From a virus (lineage: Duplodnaviria; Caudoviricetes), in the IMG/VR virus record IMGVR_UViG_3300020045_000864, positions 1 through 45,063 of that record: a DNA stretch of 45,063 nucleotides; one strand, written 5' to 3'. The position numbers and the translations under genes are program-made. This document shows, in pieces, positions 26,551-35,976 of the stretch (its first letter is position 1; every line of letters begins with the position of its first letter). Below the pieces are notes generated by a model. It made no database searches. It had not been told where the DNA came from and saw only the letters and a list, made by a program, of their open reading frames with translations.

Positions 26551-28401
26551 TCAGTGAGTTTTTGCCCACGTCACTCCTTCTTTCCAATCACATTCTATAG
26601 GTACTGAGTAGTTGAAACTCAATCCACTATCCCTAAAGCTTTGATGGTTTACTTCTACAAAAGCAGGGATATGTTCAATCAAGGTATCTGTCTGATGCTC
26701 ATCATGAATGTCACAGACTTTTAGGGCGTCTAGTTTTTGCCTACGTACGCCTTCATCAATAAAGATACTAGCCTGCTTCATGATACGAGATTCATCACCT
26801 TGAAGAAGATATCCTAGGGCAGTGTGATCACTAGTGACAGGTATCTTAGAGCCATCACATAATGTAATCCTGCCTGTTCTTTTTATCCCGTACTTCAACC
26901 TATCAAGGAGTTCTTTCAATCCGGGAAAGTTGTTAATGAATCTTTGTTTAACTTCTTTACCTTCTCGTGTAGTTCCTTTGATAATTTGACCAATCTTAGC
27001 GTCTCCTGCTCCAAGGAGGAAGGCGTAGATGAATGTCTTAGCATCAGCTCTTGTTCGTATTCCCGCCAGCTCTCTGTTATACTCGTGAGGGTCTCCTTCA
27101 AGGAGCTGCTTAGTAAATTCCTTGTTACCAAGATAGTGGGCGAGAACGCGCAATTGTATTCCTTTTGCGTCAACACCAACAAGCCTCCGGGTTTTAGGGT
27201 CGCGAGTCTGCCAAAGATTTCTTGCCTCATAAGTATAGTATCCATCTCTGCCGTACTGGACTTTACCTTCTTGTTCGTGACCTTTTGGGTAAAGGCGAAC
27301 GGCAGGAATATTAGCAGTATTAGGGCCACTATGCCTATACCTAAGAGTATTAGCGAGGAATACTGTTCCATGAATGCACTTTGTTTCTTCGTTATAAGCC
27401 TCAAGCCAAGTATTCAACATACTACTTCTAGTATTAATGTTGAGCCACTGTGCCAAAGCCTTAGCTGGTGTTTCAGGATTGTCTACAAGGAATTCTTCAA
27501 GGCTAGGGACGAGTTCCCCTTTCTCGGTTACTTTCCATGAATTTCCTGATTTTGTAGGTTCTCTGGGTTTCCAACCGAGTTCAAGAAGTTTTTCAATCCG
27601 TTGATTTGGGCTTCCAAGAGAGAACTCGACCCAATCAAAAGCTGTGTACGATCCGTCGTCGGCAAGTTCAATCTTTGGGTATTGTTCCAAATGTTTGACA
27701 TATCCAGCAGACGGACTACCATCGAGTTTAAATGCTTTCTTATAGGTTTGTACTGCTTGGAGTACTGGTGGCCAAGTCCTGTAGATTTCATCTTGAAGTT
27801 CTTTCTCGATATTCTTGAGTTCAATATATAGTTTATCGGCTTCTTGTTTGTCAAAGCCAAAACCGTTTTTGAACTGTTTGGATAGGAGGAACCAACTCCG
27901 ATGTTCTAGCTCAAGACCTCTTTCAGACTGACCATATTCGAGCATCTTCTTACGAAGGGCTTTATATGTGGCACAGCAAATCCTAGTATCCTGCATACAA
28001 TAATCACGCATTGCAGGAGTATACACGGAGTATTCATGGAAATCAGTCTTGGGAAGCTTTACTCTACGACCCCAAGATTCTAGCGAATGGCCTCCAACAA
28101 GAGAAGGATTATACACCATACTATAGAGAAGAGTGTCAAAAACTTTAGAGACTGGGATACGGGTTTTTGCAAGACGATTAAGAACAGGGACGTCGAACCG
28201 TAAACCATTATGAAAGACAAAGACACAATCATCATGAAATTTAGCATTAACCCATTCCTTAATCTCTTCAAGAGTCTCTAAGATGACTTCTTCACCAGTA
28301 CCACAGTTCTTAAACGTAGCTACGTGGATAATCGAAGGTGTCAATGATTCCGTCTCAATGTCACCCGACCAAATTTCATTAAGGGGTTTTGTTAAGTACA
28401 A
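26551..28401 (-). CDS. Family A DNA polymerase with 3'-5' exonuclease (T7 gp5-like)
   Basis: DIETE, FHNGLRFD, HSLESWG, YCMQD exonuclease motifs; DAKGIQLR (A), KTFIYAFLLG (B), HDE (C). Confidence 0.95.
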   Translation of the reverse strand: MYLTKPLNEIWSGDIETESLTPSIIHVATFKNCGTGEEVILETLEEIKEWVNAKFHDDCVFVFHNGLRFDVPVLNRLAKTRIPVSKVFDTLLYSMVYNPSLVGGHSLESWGRRVKLPKTDFHEYSVYTPAMRDYCMQDTRICCATYKALRKKMLEYGQSERGLELEHRSWFLLSKQFKNGFGFDKQEADKLYIELKNIEKELQDEIYRTWPPVLQAVQTYKKAFKLDGSPSAGYVKHLEQYPKIELADDGSYTAFDWVEFSLGSPNQRIEKLLELGWKPREPTKSGNSWKVTEKGELVPSLEEFLVDNPETPAKALAQWLNINTRSSMLNTWLEAYNEETKCIHGTVFLANTLRYRHSGPNTANIPAVRLYPKGHEQEGKVQYGRDGYYTYEARNLWQTRDPKTRRLVGVDAKGIQLRVLAHYLGNKEFTKQLLEGDPHEYNRELAGIRTRADAKTFIYAFLLGAGDAKIGQIIKGTTREGKEVKQRFINNFPGLKELLDRLKYGIKRTGRITLCDGSKIPVTSDHTALGYLLQGDESRIMKQASIFIDEGVRRQKLDALKVCDIHDEHQTDTLIEHIPAFVEVNHQSFRDSGLSFNYSVPIECDWKEGVTWAKTH

Positions 28402-28617
28402 TTATGAATCTCGTTTTTCTCCGCAAAGTTCGCACTGATAAAAATCAGGATAGTGAGAATCATAGTAATTCACGGCTCTCCATTTGTGCTTGCAAGTGTT
28501 TTTAGCTTTGGGTTTATTGAGTCCGAGATGTTCTTCAATTGCACAAAGTCTTTTGTAAATATCACCATTGTTCAACTGAACTTCCTTCTTCGTACTGTAG
28601 GACTTCATCAGGCTCAA
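28402..28617 (-). CDS. Small Cys/His zinc-ribbon-like protein
   Basis: CKHKW...CELCGE; sits between helicase and polymerase. Confidence 0.55.
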   Translation of the reverse strand: MSLMKSYSTKKEVQLNNGDIYKRLCAIEEHLGLNKPKAKNTCKHKWRAVNYYDSHYPDFYQCELCGEKRDS

Positions 28618-30187
28618 GCTCTGACAACCTATTAGTCTCAGGATTATAGAACAGGTAGACTCCCGGCCCTGTTCGACCGCAGAAACGATTCTTAACTACT
28701 GTGATCTTGGTTACATTACGCCGCCACTCATCTTTCGACTCCTTATCACGCTCAAGCTTAAGCACGATATTAGCGAGTTGCTCAATACCAGCAGTACCTC
28801 TAATCTGTCCTTGTCTATTAGTATGAACTACTGCGAGGAGTGCGATGTTGAGTTCCATACACAGGGTCTTGAGCTTGGTGGAGATTTCATCGAGTTGCTT
28901 GCGCTCGTCGCCAGACTGATCACTAACAATGATGCTAAGATGATCCAGCACAATGTACTTACAATTGAGCGCGGCCATGTGGCGGACGCGATCAAGAACC
29001 ACGTCAACACTATTAGAACCAAAATGATCATAAATAACAACACGATCATTATTCAATACCTCATCATAAGCCTTAGTCAGTTCTTCAGTAGTTCGCTCAC
29101 AATCAGGTAGATGGTAAGGCTTTGAATTGTGAATAGACAGGAGACCCAAGCCAGTATCTCTAATCGGTTCTTCAAAGTGGAGAAATCCAACTCCGTATCC
29201 TCTTTGTTTGAGTTCTTCATCAGTTAGTAGTTTATACTCGATTTCCTTGAGGAAGCTAGTCTTACCTACTCCTGTATCCGCAGTAACAATAACAGCTTCA
29301 GACAACCTCATGCCATATGTCTTTAGGTTAAGGGCTGGCCAAGGATACTGTACCGTAAAGTGATTAGGAGAGTTAATAATATCTTCAAGGAGTTCCGTAC
29401 CCATCTTAAGGCCATCAGGCTTGTAAGGCTGGGACTTCCACCATGAGTTACTGAAGTTCTGGGCTTTATTGGCATTCAACCAATCATTAGCATCTTTGAG
29501 GCCGTCCTTGTGGGGGAAGAGTTTGACCTTGCCAATGCTGAACATCGAAGCGAACTTCTTAGACGCGATCTGGCCGGGTTCATCATTATCAAAACAAAGA
29601 CAAATACTATCGAAGCTATTAAGATACTCGTAGTGCTTACGAGCTTGCTTCTCAGCTTCAGTGGCACTGTGGATGGAGACACAAGGGTATTTACTCCCAA
29701 GCATCTCAAATGCAGCCATACAGTCATCCTGGCCCTCTGTAACGGTAATAGCTTTGGCACTGCCAGCGGGGAATAGATGCATCCCGAACATATCAGCGTC
29801 TTTGAGGGAGCCTTCAACTGAGAAGGGTTTCTTACCATCAGACTTGGGATAACGTATCTTATTAGCTACGTGTATTTTGTCTTGGTAAAGAGGATACCTA
29901 GCCTCGTATGAAGCCTTGGGATTACCGGGAACATCAACACCGAACTTCTGGATAGTATCCTTGGAGATTCCTCGGAAACCTCGGAAGACTGTGGTCACAG
30001 GTGTTATTGGGGTAGTATTTATTGAGTCTTCTTTATCGAAGACATCTTCAGCATTTGTCGTATCAGTAACTTTTCTATTATAATTGCAGGCAAAACAATG
30101 GCCCCAGCCTTGGTCGTCTATTGAGTAACCATCGCTGGAGCCACACTTCGGGCAGGGTAAATGTGTATTCTTAGGGTTGTAACTCAA
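28562..30187 (-). CDS. Primase-helicase (T7 gp4-like)
   Basis: CPKC...CFAC zinc finger, TOPRIM TEGQDD and FDND, Walker A ADTGVGKT, LDHLS, KNRFCGRTG. Confidence 0.95.
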   Translation of the reverse strand: MSYNPKNTHLPCPKCGSSDGYSIDDQGWGHCFACNYNRKVTDTTNAEDVFDKEDSINTTPITPVTTVFRGFRGISKDTIQKFGVDVPGNPKASYEARYPLYQDKIHVANKIRYPKSDGKKPFSVEGSLKDADMFGMHLFPAGSAKAITVTEGQDDCMAAFEMLGSKYPCVSIHSATEAEKQARKHYEYLNSFDSICLCFDNDEPGQIASKKFASMFSIGKVKLFPHKDGLKDANDWLNANKAQNFSNSWWKSQPYKPDGLKMGTELLEDIINSPNHFTVQYPWPALNLKTYGMRLSEAVIVTADTGVGKTSFLKEIEYKLLTDEELKQRGYGVGFLHFEEPIRDTGLGLLSIHNSKPYHLPDCERTTEELTKAYDEVLNNDRVVIYDHFGSNSVDVVLDRVRHMAALNCKYIVLDHLSIIVSDQSGDERKQLDEISTKLKTLCMELNIALLAVVHTNRQGQIRGTAGIEQLANIVLKLERDKESKDEWRRNVTKITVVKNRFCGRTGPGVYLFYNPETNRLSELEPDEVLQYEEGSSVEQW

Positions 30188-31064
30188 TTATCGGTGCATT
30201 CCATATTTCGCGGATCATATTGAATTCGAGTCTTTCGACTTGTCTTACAAGCATACCATTGATTACGTGATCGAGCCACTGAGGATCATCTCTGAACAAG
30301 GGTTGCCGTACTTCTGCATTTCTAGATCGAAGTTTATCTTTCGAGTTTTGTTCTTGAAAAGAAGAGGTAGTTCGCCTTTGTTTGATGGCTCGAAGTTCGT
30401 TCTTTCCTAAAAAACGATGTAGACGCTCCTCCGTCTTCTTATCGCCAGTCTTACGAAGATACAAAGCCCTCTGAGCAATCTGCTTCAAAGTCTCATCAAC
30501 ACCCTTAATCTCACCATCTTCAGAATCAACGTACTGCTGGACTAAGTTGTAGTCAAAGGTGGCACAGATATTCTCTCCATTCCACTCACATTCAAGAGGC
30601 TTAGCTATCAACTGAATAGGATAATCAAACTCCGAGAAGTACAACTCAAAGACGCCGACACAGCTCTGACCTAGTTCGGAGTTATCATGTCGAGACTCTT
30701 CTTTTACGTACTCTTCTTCTGTTTTATCCTCGAAGATATTATACTGCTCAGTAAACTTTCCAAGAATCTTTAAGCCTTCAAGAGCCTCAATGGTTTCATC
30801 AAGAGCAAGTTCAAGGGAGAGTTCATCAGGTAGATTGACGAAGACATCTACGTCTTTAGGCTTATAGCCGTATCTGAGATCACGTAGACACCCTCCTGCA
30901 ATGATGACATCACCGAAGATTGGTTGGAGAGCTTTTATGATACTGCCATACAAAGCCTGAGAGAGTTCTGTCTTCGGGGGGTCTTTTGCAGCTACGTACT
31001 CACAGGAACTGAAGTTCCAGACAGAACCCTCTTCAACACTATTATAACGTACGTTAGTGGCCAT
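30171..31064 (-). CDS. Nucleotidyltransferase (poly(A) polymerase / CCA-adding enzyme head-like); start may be TTG 30953
   Basis: IAGGCLRD...KDVDVF catalytic signature, PIQLI and FDYNL motifs. Confidence 0.8.
   Translation of the reverse strand: MATNVRYNSVEEGSVWNFSSCEYVAAKDPPKTELSQALYGSIIKALQPIFGDVIIAGGCLRDLRYGYKPKDVDVFVNLPDELSLELALDETIEALEGLKILGKFTEQYNIFEDKTEEEYVKEESRHDNSELGQSCVGVFELYFSEFDYPIQLIAKPLECEWNGENICATFDYNLVQQYVDSEDGEIKGVDETLKQIAQRALYLRKTGDKKTEERLHRFLGKNELRAIKQRRTTSSFQEQNSKDKLRSRNAEVRQPLFRDDPQWLDHVINGMLVRQVERLEFNMIREIWNAPIIELQP
30961..31031 (-). ncRNA. Structured leader or small RNA just downstream of a consensus promoter
   Basis: 13-bp closing helix GAGGGTTCTGTCT/AGACAGAACTCTC enclosing a GGAAC-TTCA-GTTCC hairpin. 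Confidence 0.5.
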
Positions 31065-31069
31065 GTCAA
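31041..31069 (-). promoter_or_regulatory. Consensus sigma70 promoter
   Basis: TTGACA-17 nt-TATAAT; shares GTTATAATAGTGT with the SSB promoter. Confidence 0.8.
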
Positions 31070-31305
31070 CACAAATCTTTCTTGAGATACTTAGTAGGAT
31101 CGGAGACATAATCCAAGTCTTCCCAGAGAGCTTCTAGTTCCTCTTCGGTGGCATCACCTAGGATTACTTCATTTTCATCATCGGATTCATCTCCAAATAC
31201 CTCTGAGATAATCTGGAGGCATGTACCACAAGGATCAATATCTCCATGATCTTGGTTGAACTGTACAGTCGCCAGAGTGGCGTCACAGATATGACAAACG
31301 CACAT
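31066..31305 (-). CDS. Small zinc-finger protein with acidic tail
   Basis: CHIC...CGTC followed by a D/E-rich segment. Confidence 0.65.
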   Translation of the reverse strand: MCVCHICDATLATVQFNQDHGDIDPCGTCLQIISEVFGDESDDENEVILGDATEEELEALWEDLDYVSDPTKYLKKDLC

Positions 31306-31835
31306 TAGAGAATAAGTCCCGGATTAAGTTCAGATCGACGTTTATCGTAAGCTTCTTTAGCCAATTCTGCTGTGTCAAAGTACCCCAAAAATTCTCTCTT
31401 TCCTTTTGCCTGTATGAAGGCTCGATATCTATTTTTAAACATGGAAACTCCTCTGTAGTTGATTTTGCCTGAACTTTTCTGAGTATTAGCAGAGTTTTGA
31501 GCGAAAGTTACTTCACGTAAATTCTCTATTCGGTTATCTGAGGGGTTTCCGTTTATGTGGTCAATCAGTCTAGGCCATTTACCTGTGTGGTATGCGTAAA
31601 TTAACCTATGCACTTTGTATTGAGCACCTTTATGGGAAACTACTGTATACCCTAAGGAACTTTTACAAGTAACAGAAGTTCCCACGAGCTGTTTGAAATA
31701 GTTTTTCTTCCAGATAATGAAACCATTGCTGGAAAAATCCCAAAATTCAGTTAACTCTTCTTTGGATAGGCTGCGTGGCATTAAATACTCCTTATTTCTA
31801 TAAGGTATATTACCACGTTTGTGCTGTTTTGTCAA
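31305..31835 (-). CDS. HNH homing endonuclease with AP2-like domain
   Basis: HRLIY...IDHINGNPSDNRIENLR; YRGVS...LGYFDTAELAKEAY. Confidence 0.9.
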   Translation of the reverse strand: MTKQHKRGNIPYRNKEYLMPRSLSKEELTEFWDFSSNGFIIWKKNYFKQLVGTSVTCKSSLGYTVVSHKGAQYKVHRLIYAYHTGKWPRLIDHINGNPSDNRIENLREVTFAQNSANTQKSSGKINYRGVSMFKNRYRAFIQAKGKREFLGYFDTAELAKEAYDKRRSELNPGLIL

Positions 31836-31853
31836 CTAAAATGTGATACTACA

Positions 31854-32186
31854 TCAGTCAGGTTCCACGATCTTAAAAGGAAGATTACTAGTCAGAGATT
31901 TGGGGTATTTATTATAGTGGAATACATTACAGATATTCCCACTATTAGGATTCACGAACCTAGTCACGAGCTTAAAACCTAGTTCTTGAAGCCACTTAGG
32001 ATGATTAGGATACTTTTTACACTGAGGATTGGTTAGGACGACCTCAAGAACCATCCCTCTACTTCTACGTCGAAATTCGGATTGGTCGATAAGACTCTTT
32101 AGACGTTCCTTCGTCTCGTTGGCTCCAAAGCCATAAATGTGATTGATGCCGCAGCAACGGCCACCGTGTACAATACGACTAGACAT
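31854..32186 (-). CDS. Hypothetical protein, HGxxCCG family, possibly GNAT-like; paralog of 40716-41558
   Basis: HGGRCCGINHI ... WLQELGFKLVTRFVNPNSGN. Confidence 0.7.
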   Translation of the reverse strand: MSSRIVHGGRCCGINHIYGFGANETKERLKSLIDQSEFRRRSRGMVLEVVLTNPQCKKYPNHPKWLQELGFKLVTRFVNPNSGNICNVFHYNKYPKSLTSNLPFKIVEPD

Positions 32187-32998
32187 TAAATCAACCTTCG
32201 AAAGTAATTAGCATAGTCTTCAACAGTAGTATTCTCAATTCCACACGCAGAATTGATTTCAAGAACATAGGCTCGCTGCTGATGGGAATTCCAGATTACG
32301 TCGACTCCACCGAAGTCCAATCCTGTCGCTGCAAGACTGCGTTTGGCCGCGTCGATGACCATTGGCGGCGCAACGAAACCACCTCTGACAAAGACAAACC
32401 CGTTAGAGTGATTTCGTACTTGCCAGTTGGGGTTCTCAACATCCGTATTTCTTGCTTTTCTTTGGACGACGATGACACCGACTGATCCGTCCTGCTGTAG
32501 TCCACAATGCACACGATATTCTTGTTCTTTCTTAATATACTTAGTGTAAAGACTAGCTGGTACTAGCTCATCTACAGAGTTAGCAATAACAATACCAGCA
32601 CCGCTATAACCAGCCAGCACAGTCCTGCAAACAACAGGATAAGCCCCAACCGGAATATCTTCCCTACGGGTCCAAAACTCTGGAATAATTTCACTGTTGT
32701 TCTCTCTCATCAGATTGAAGAAATTGAGCTTGTTGGATACTCTTGTAACTTTATAGGGACGATTCAAAACACGAACGTCTGCTTCGTTAGGTGTAGTAGG
32801 AATCCAAGAAGTGTTACCCCAATTAATGATTAGGTCGCCCCTCCGGGGCCTAAAAGTACTCCCTTCAAGACGAAGGACACGACCTCCAAGAGCATCTGCA
32901 AGGGCACGGGCACTTCTAGACCCCTGACGATATGGGAGGATACGGATACGAGGCAAAGCCTCTCGGATACGATTACTTCGGATATGCTGTCTAGTCAT
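32186..32998 (-). CDS. ATP-grasp ligase (RimK-like, phiEco32-type)
   Basis: INWG, SNKL, EYRVH, GLDFGGVDVIW, VLEINSACG. Confidence 0.9.
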   Translation of the reverse strand: MTRQHIRSNRIREALPRIRILPYRQGSRSARALADALGGRVLRLEGSTFRPRRGDLIINWGNTSWIPTTPNEADVRVLNRPYKVTRVSNKLNFFNLMRENNSEIIPEFWTRREDIPVGAYPVVCRTVLAGYSGAGIVIANSVDELVPASLYTKYIKKEQEYRVHCGLQQDGSVGVIVVQRKARNTDVENPNWQVRNHSNGFVFVRGGFVAPPMVIDAAKRSLAATGLDFGGVDVIWNSHQQRAYVLEINSACGIENTTVEDYANYFRRLI

Positions 32999-33000
32999 TA

Positions 33001-34323
33001 TTAACGCCTCGCTCTGTAATACCACAAATCATTATACACCCACAGATCATACAATTGAGTTGTATCTCTGTAAGGTCTAGTGATACGAAGACCCGTATTT
33101 ACGGTACGGGCAGGGGGAAGACCTCCGAATTCAACGTTAGCAGTCCTGTCTGTAATACTCATCCAACCATCCGCTTCTCGTGGCCGGTTTTCTGCAAGGG
33201 TGTCTTCTGGGGCTTCATCATTTTCGTCTTCATCTAGTTCAGGATCAAGCTCGATGTCAGGCTCATTCTCCATACGGGGCATAGGAGCTGCTCGAAATGC
33301 AGGAACTTCGTTTGGTTGTAGCCAACGTAATCCTCCGGGCATGTCACGAACTACTGTTGCTTTCTTAGTCTTCTCAGAAGCAAAGGGATTAGGGACATAT
33401 TTTTCGCGGCACTTATCAATGATTTTATCCCAGTTGATTTCATAAATGATCTTCTGGATATTCCGAAAACCATTCCAGCACATCTTATTGAAGTCAATAT
33501 TCTCAGGGAGGTTAAGGACTTCATCGCAGAAGTCTGTCAGGGAGTATTTATCACAAAGATTGCGGAACATCATATCGGGAGATTCAGCACTCATGATCTC
33601 CACAATACGAGAAGGATTATCATATTCTGTTTCAGCTTCCTTACGGAGAGCCATCAACAACCTAGTCCAATCAATTACGAGCTTAGGGGATTCACAACCC
33701 CTGAGACTACGAAACTCAAAGCTACCGAACCTAGAAAAGGCCCCAAGATTAAGACTAGAGTATTTATAATCATTGGGGAACTTAAATGAGCCATTCTTGA
33801 GGGCAGAGGCCCATTGCTCAGGAATGAAGCTAGAGTCCTTACCACGAAGACAGAACAAATTACCGGCACGGCTTTCACCACACCAGTTAACAAGGGCTTC
33901 CTCAAAGATATACCACAGTACGAGATAGCTAGTAAGGGTATTGGCCCGCATACTAGAGACGTTGATATGGACATGGGTACTTGTCCGCTGTGTCAAGTCC
34001 AAGGTAGTCTTATTGACATCAAAGACCTTGAAGAGCGCATCAACCATTTCTGGGACTTCTTCTTCAAGACAGGGTTGGTCTAGGACGTACTCGACACCAC
34101 CGTTGCGGAGACTACCGTCGGGGTGGACTGTCCATCTGCGACCTAGTTTACTGCTGCTGAAGCTGGAGACGTTAGCTTCGTTAGGGAGTCGTGTGCCTTC
34201 CATTTCGAGTTCAAGACCTACATCACCTTTTACGGACTTACCAGAAATAGGCTTATTAGGCTTGAAGTTAAGGTATTCAGAAGTTTCCTTCTTAGGGAAA
34301 CCTTTCAACAAATTCTCAGTCAT
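33001..34323 (-). CDS. Putative amidoligase (Amidoligase_2, glutamate-cysteine ligase fold)
   Basis: GLELEME, DGSLRNGGVEYV, STHVHIN, KYSSLN, FEFR. Confidence 0.88.
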   Translation of the reverse strand: MTENLLKGFPKKETSEYLNFKPNKPISGKSVKGDVGLELEMEGTRLPNEANVSSFSSSKLGRRWTVHPDGSLRNGGVEYVLDQPCLEEEVPEMVDALFKVFDVNKTTLDLTQRTSTHVHINVSSMRANTLTSYLVLWYIFEEALVNWCGESRAGNLFCLRGKDSSFIPEQWASALKNGSFKFPNDYKYSSLNLGAFSRFGSFEFRSLRGCESPKLVIDWTRLLMALRKEAETEYDNPSRIVEIMSAESPDMMFRNLCDKYSLTDFCDEVLNLPENIDFNKMCWNGFRNIQKIIYEINWDKIIDKCREKYVPNPFASEKTKKATVVRDMPGGLRWLQPNEVPAFRAAPMPRMENEPDIELDPELDEDENDEAPEDTLAENRPREADGWMSITDRTANVEFGGLPPARTVNTGLRITRPYRDTTQLYDLWVYNDLWYYRARR

Positions 34324-34336
34324 GATTAGCCTTTTG

Positions 34337-35005
34337 TTAGAAAATACCAATGTTATTAGGAAGATTAGTTTCTTCCAGTATTTCTTCACGAAGATAAGAA
34401 TACTTCGGGTATAGAAGGAGTTCATCATTGCCCCTAAACATCCCCACGGGCTTTGTCATTTTCATGATAGTAGGAACTGACTTACTGTTGATACCTACGG
34501 AGTATTTATTCGTAACAGCGATACTGCTGTCAGTTACTAGGCTAGATACGGCCTCGGAATACTCAGGGTATTTATTCTCTACCATGAAGCAAAAACTCTC
34601 AGAGGAGACTAAGCCTCTGAAATCTATAGTGTCTTTTGGATTTAGAATGCTTGTATTCTCGCGGGACAGACCTTGCTTGGTACGGCGAACAGGAACCCTC
34701 TCAAGGTAGGAGGCATGATACGTAACTCTCCCCGTGAAAGGGCAACCCTCGAAGAAGTTAATCATGCCGGGATTGATAGGCTGGAACTTGCCAAAACCTT
34801 TGTCTGTCAAGAGCTTTTTAACGTATCTGGAAGGAGGCTCATTGAGATTGACAGGAAGTTTCCACATCCTTGCTTCTGGAATACCATCTACGTCTCTTAC
34901 ATCAGCGACATAATGGGGTTCACCCTCAAAAAGGATGACTGCTCCGTTAAGACGAAGGGAAGCTTGTTCAATGTCAGCAAAGAAAAAGCCAGTATCTTTA
35001 GGCAT
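34337..35005 (-). CDS. Hypothetical protein in the amidoligase cluster
   Basis: 222 aa ORF overlapping the end of the upstream ligase gene; R..VRRTKQGL motif. Confidence 0.7.
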   Translation of the reverse strand: MPKDTGFFFADIEQASLRLNGAVILFEGEPHYVADVRDVDGIPEARMWKLPVNLNEPPSRYVKKLLTDKGFGKFQPINPGMINFFEGCPFTGRVTYHASYLERVPVRRTKQGLSRENTSILNPKDTIDFRGLVSSESFCFMVENKYPEYSEAVSSLVTDSSIAVTNKYSVGINSKSVPTIMKMTKPVGMFRGNDELLLYPKYSYLREEILEETNLPNNIGIF

Positions 35006-35876
35006 AGCAACTAAGTCCAGTCATGTACGAGAAGTTATTCTTAACGAAGGTTACATCACTCTCATTGATAACTTCTTGGATGAGTTCTTCAGTTAGCTGT
35101 AGATGTCCTCGCTTATCCCCAGGAGCATAACCGCGAGGCTTATTGTATGTTATTTTATCAACAGTCTGTCCGTAACTTGCCTTGGACACGGCAGAAAGGG
35201 CGCAATCATGGATGAATTTACGACGCTTCTTACTTGTCAACCAAGCATTACTAGGAACACGATACTCAAAACCATAGGGTTTAGGACGGAATGCACCAGC
35301 ACGGCCATAAAGACTACGACGCTGGGTGTCATCATCGAACAACAAAGTACCCATGCCAACAAAGACATCGAACATCTTCGTAATGTTTGCGCAGACTTCG
35401 ATGTGTTCGGGATGCTCAGCGGGAATGCTGCAGGTTTCATCCCAACCAATGTGAAGATGTCCCGCGCCAGTCCGCATAGTACCTACGGAAGCATCTGGAG
35501 CAGGATTAGGGGCTAGAGTATAGGCATTCCAGTCAGGATTACAACCGAGTTCCTTGTTCTCGTCAGGAATAGTACGAAAGTATTCTTCATCGAAGACAGC
35601 AGTAGGTTGGATTTTGAAGTTAAATCCCGGTACGAGTTCTCGCATACCCTTCATGACTTCAATTACGTTGGTGTTGAAAGCGTTGAAGTCATTCAAAGGA
35701 ACAGGATCAGTATTGAACTCCAAAGCCGTGCCATCAATCTGGACTGCTCCGTGCTTGATCTTGAAGGGTTCAGTCTTAGTACCAAGGATTTTGGTTTCGT
35801 GTGCGCTAACGAGCTTGCCCCGCTTTGTAAGGAACAGTTCGGGGTCGCAACCTAGGGTAAAAGAAGAAAGGTTCAT
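34998..35876 (-). CDS. phiEco32-like COOH-NH2 ligase type 2
   Basis: LGCDPELF, DGTALEFN, LGCNPDWNAY, GAGHLHIG, RRSLYGRAGAFRPKPYGFEYRVPSNAW. Confidence 0.9.
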   Translation of the reverse strand: MNLSSFTLGCDPELFLTKRGKLVSAHETKILGTKTEPFKIKHGAVQIDGTALEFNTDPVPLNDFNAFNTNVIEVMKGMRELVPGFNFKIQPTAVFDEEYFRTIPDENKELGCNPDWNAYTLAPNPAPDASVGTMRTGAGHLHIGWDETCSIPAEHPEHIEVCANITKMFDVFVGMGTLLFDDDTQRRSLYGRAGAFRPKPYGFEYRVPSNAWLTSKKRRKFIHDCALSAVSKASYGQTVDKITYNKPRGYAPGDKRGHLQLTEELIQEVINESDVTFVKNNFSYMTGLSCYA

Positions 35877-35882
35877 TATATA

Positions 35883-35975
35883 CCTCTAAAATGCCCTCAG
35901 AGGGGCCGTACAGTTGAATTCAAGGGAGAAAGGTAGTCTGGTATACCTACGGCTTCAAAACGCCTCAGAGAGGCT
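35883..35975 (+). repeat. 93-bp boxed element, copy A (inverted partner at 38131-38223)
   Basis: Boxes CCTCTAAAAT / GCCGTACAG / AGGTAG / CTCAGAGAGGCT. Confidence 0.7.
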
Positions 35976-35976
35976 C

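Noticed and set aside
30961-31031. Hammerhead ribozyme (GUC, hairpin, CUGUGA, AAAA arrangement on the - strand)
   Set aside because: The core CUGANGA and GAAA are not intact and stem III pairing does not fit
34324-34428. TM-like N-terminal extension on the amidoligase
   Set aside because: Overlaps the upstream gene out of frame; ATG 34323 with an AAGG SD is more plausible
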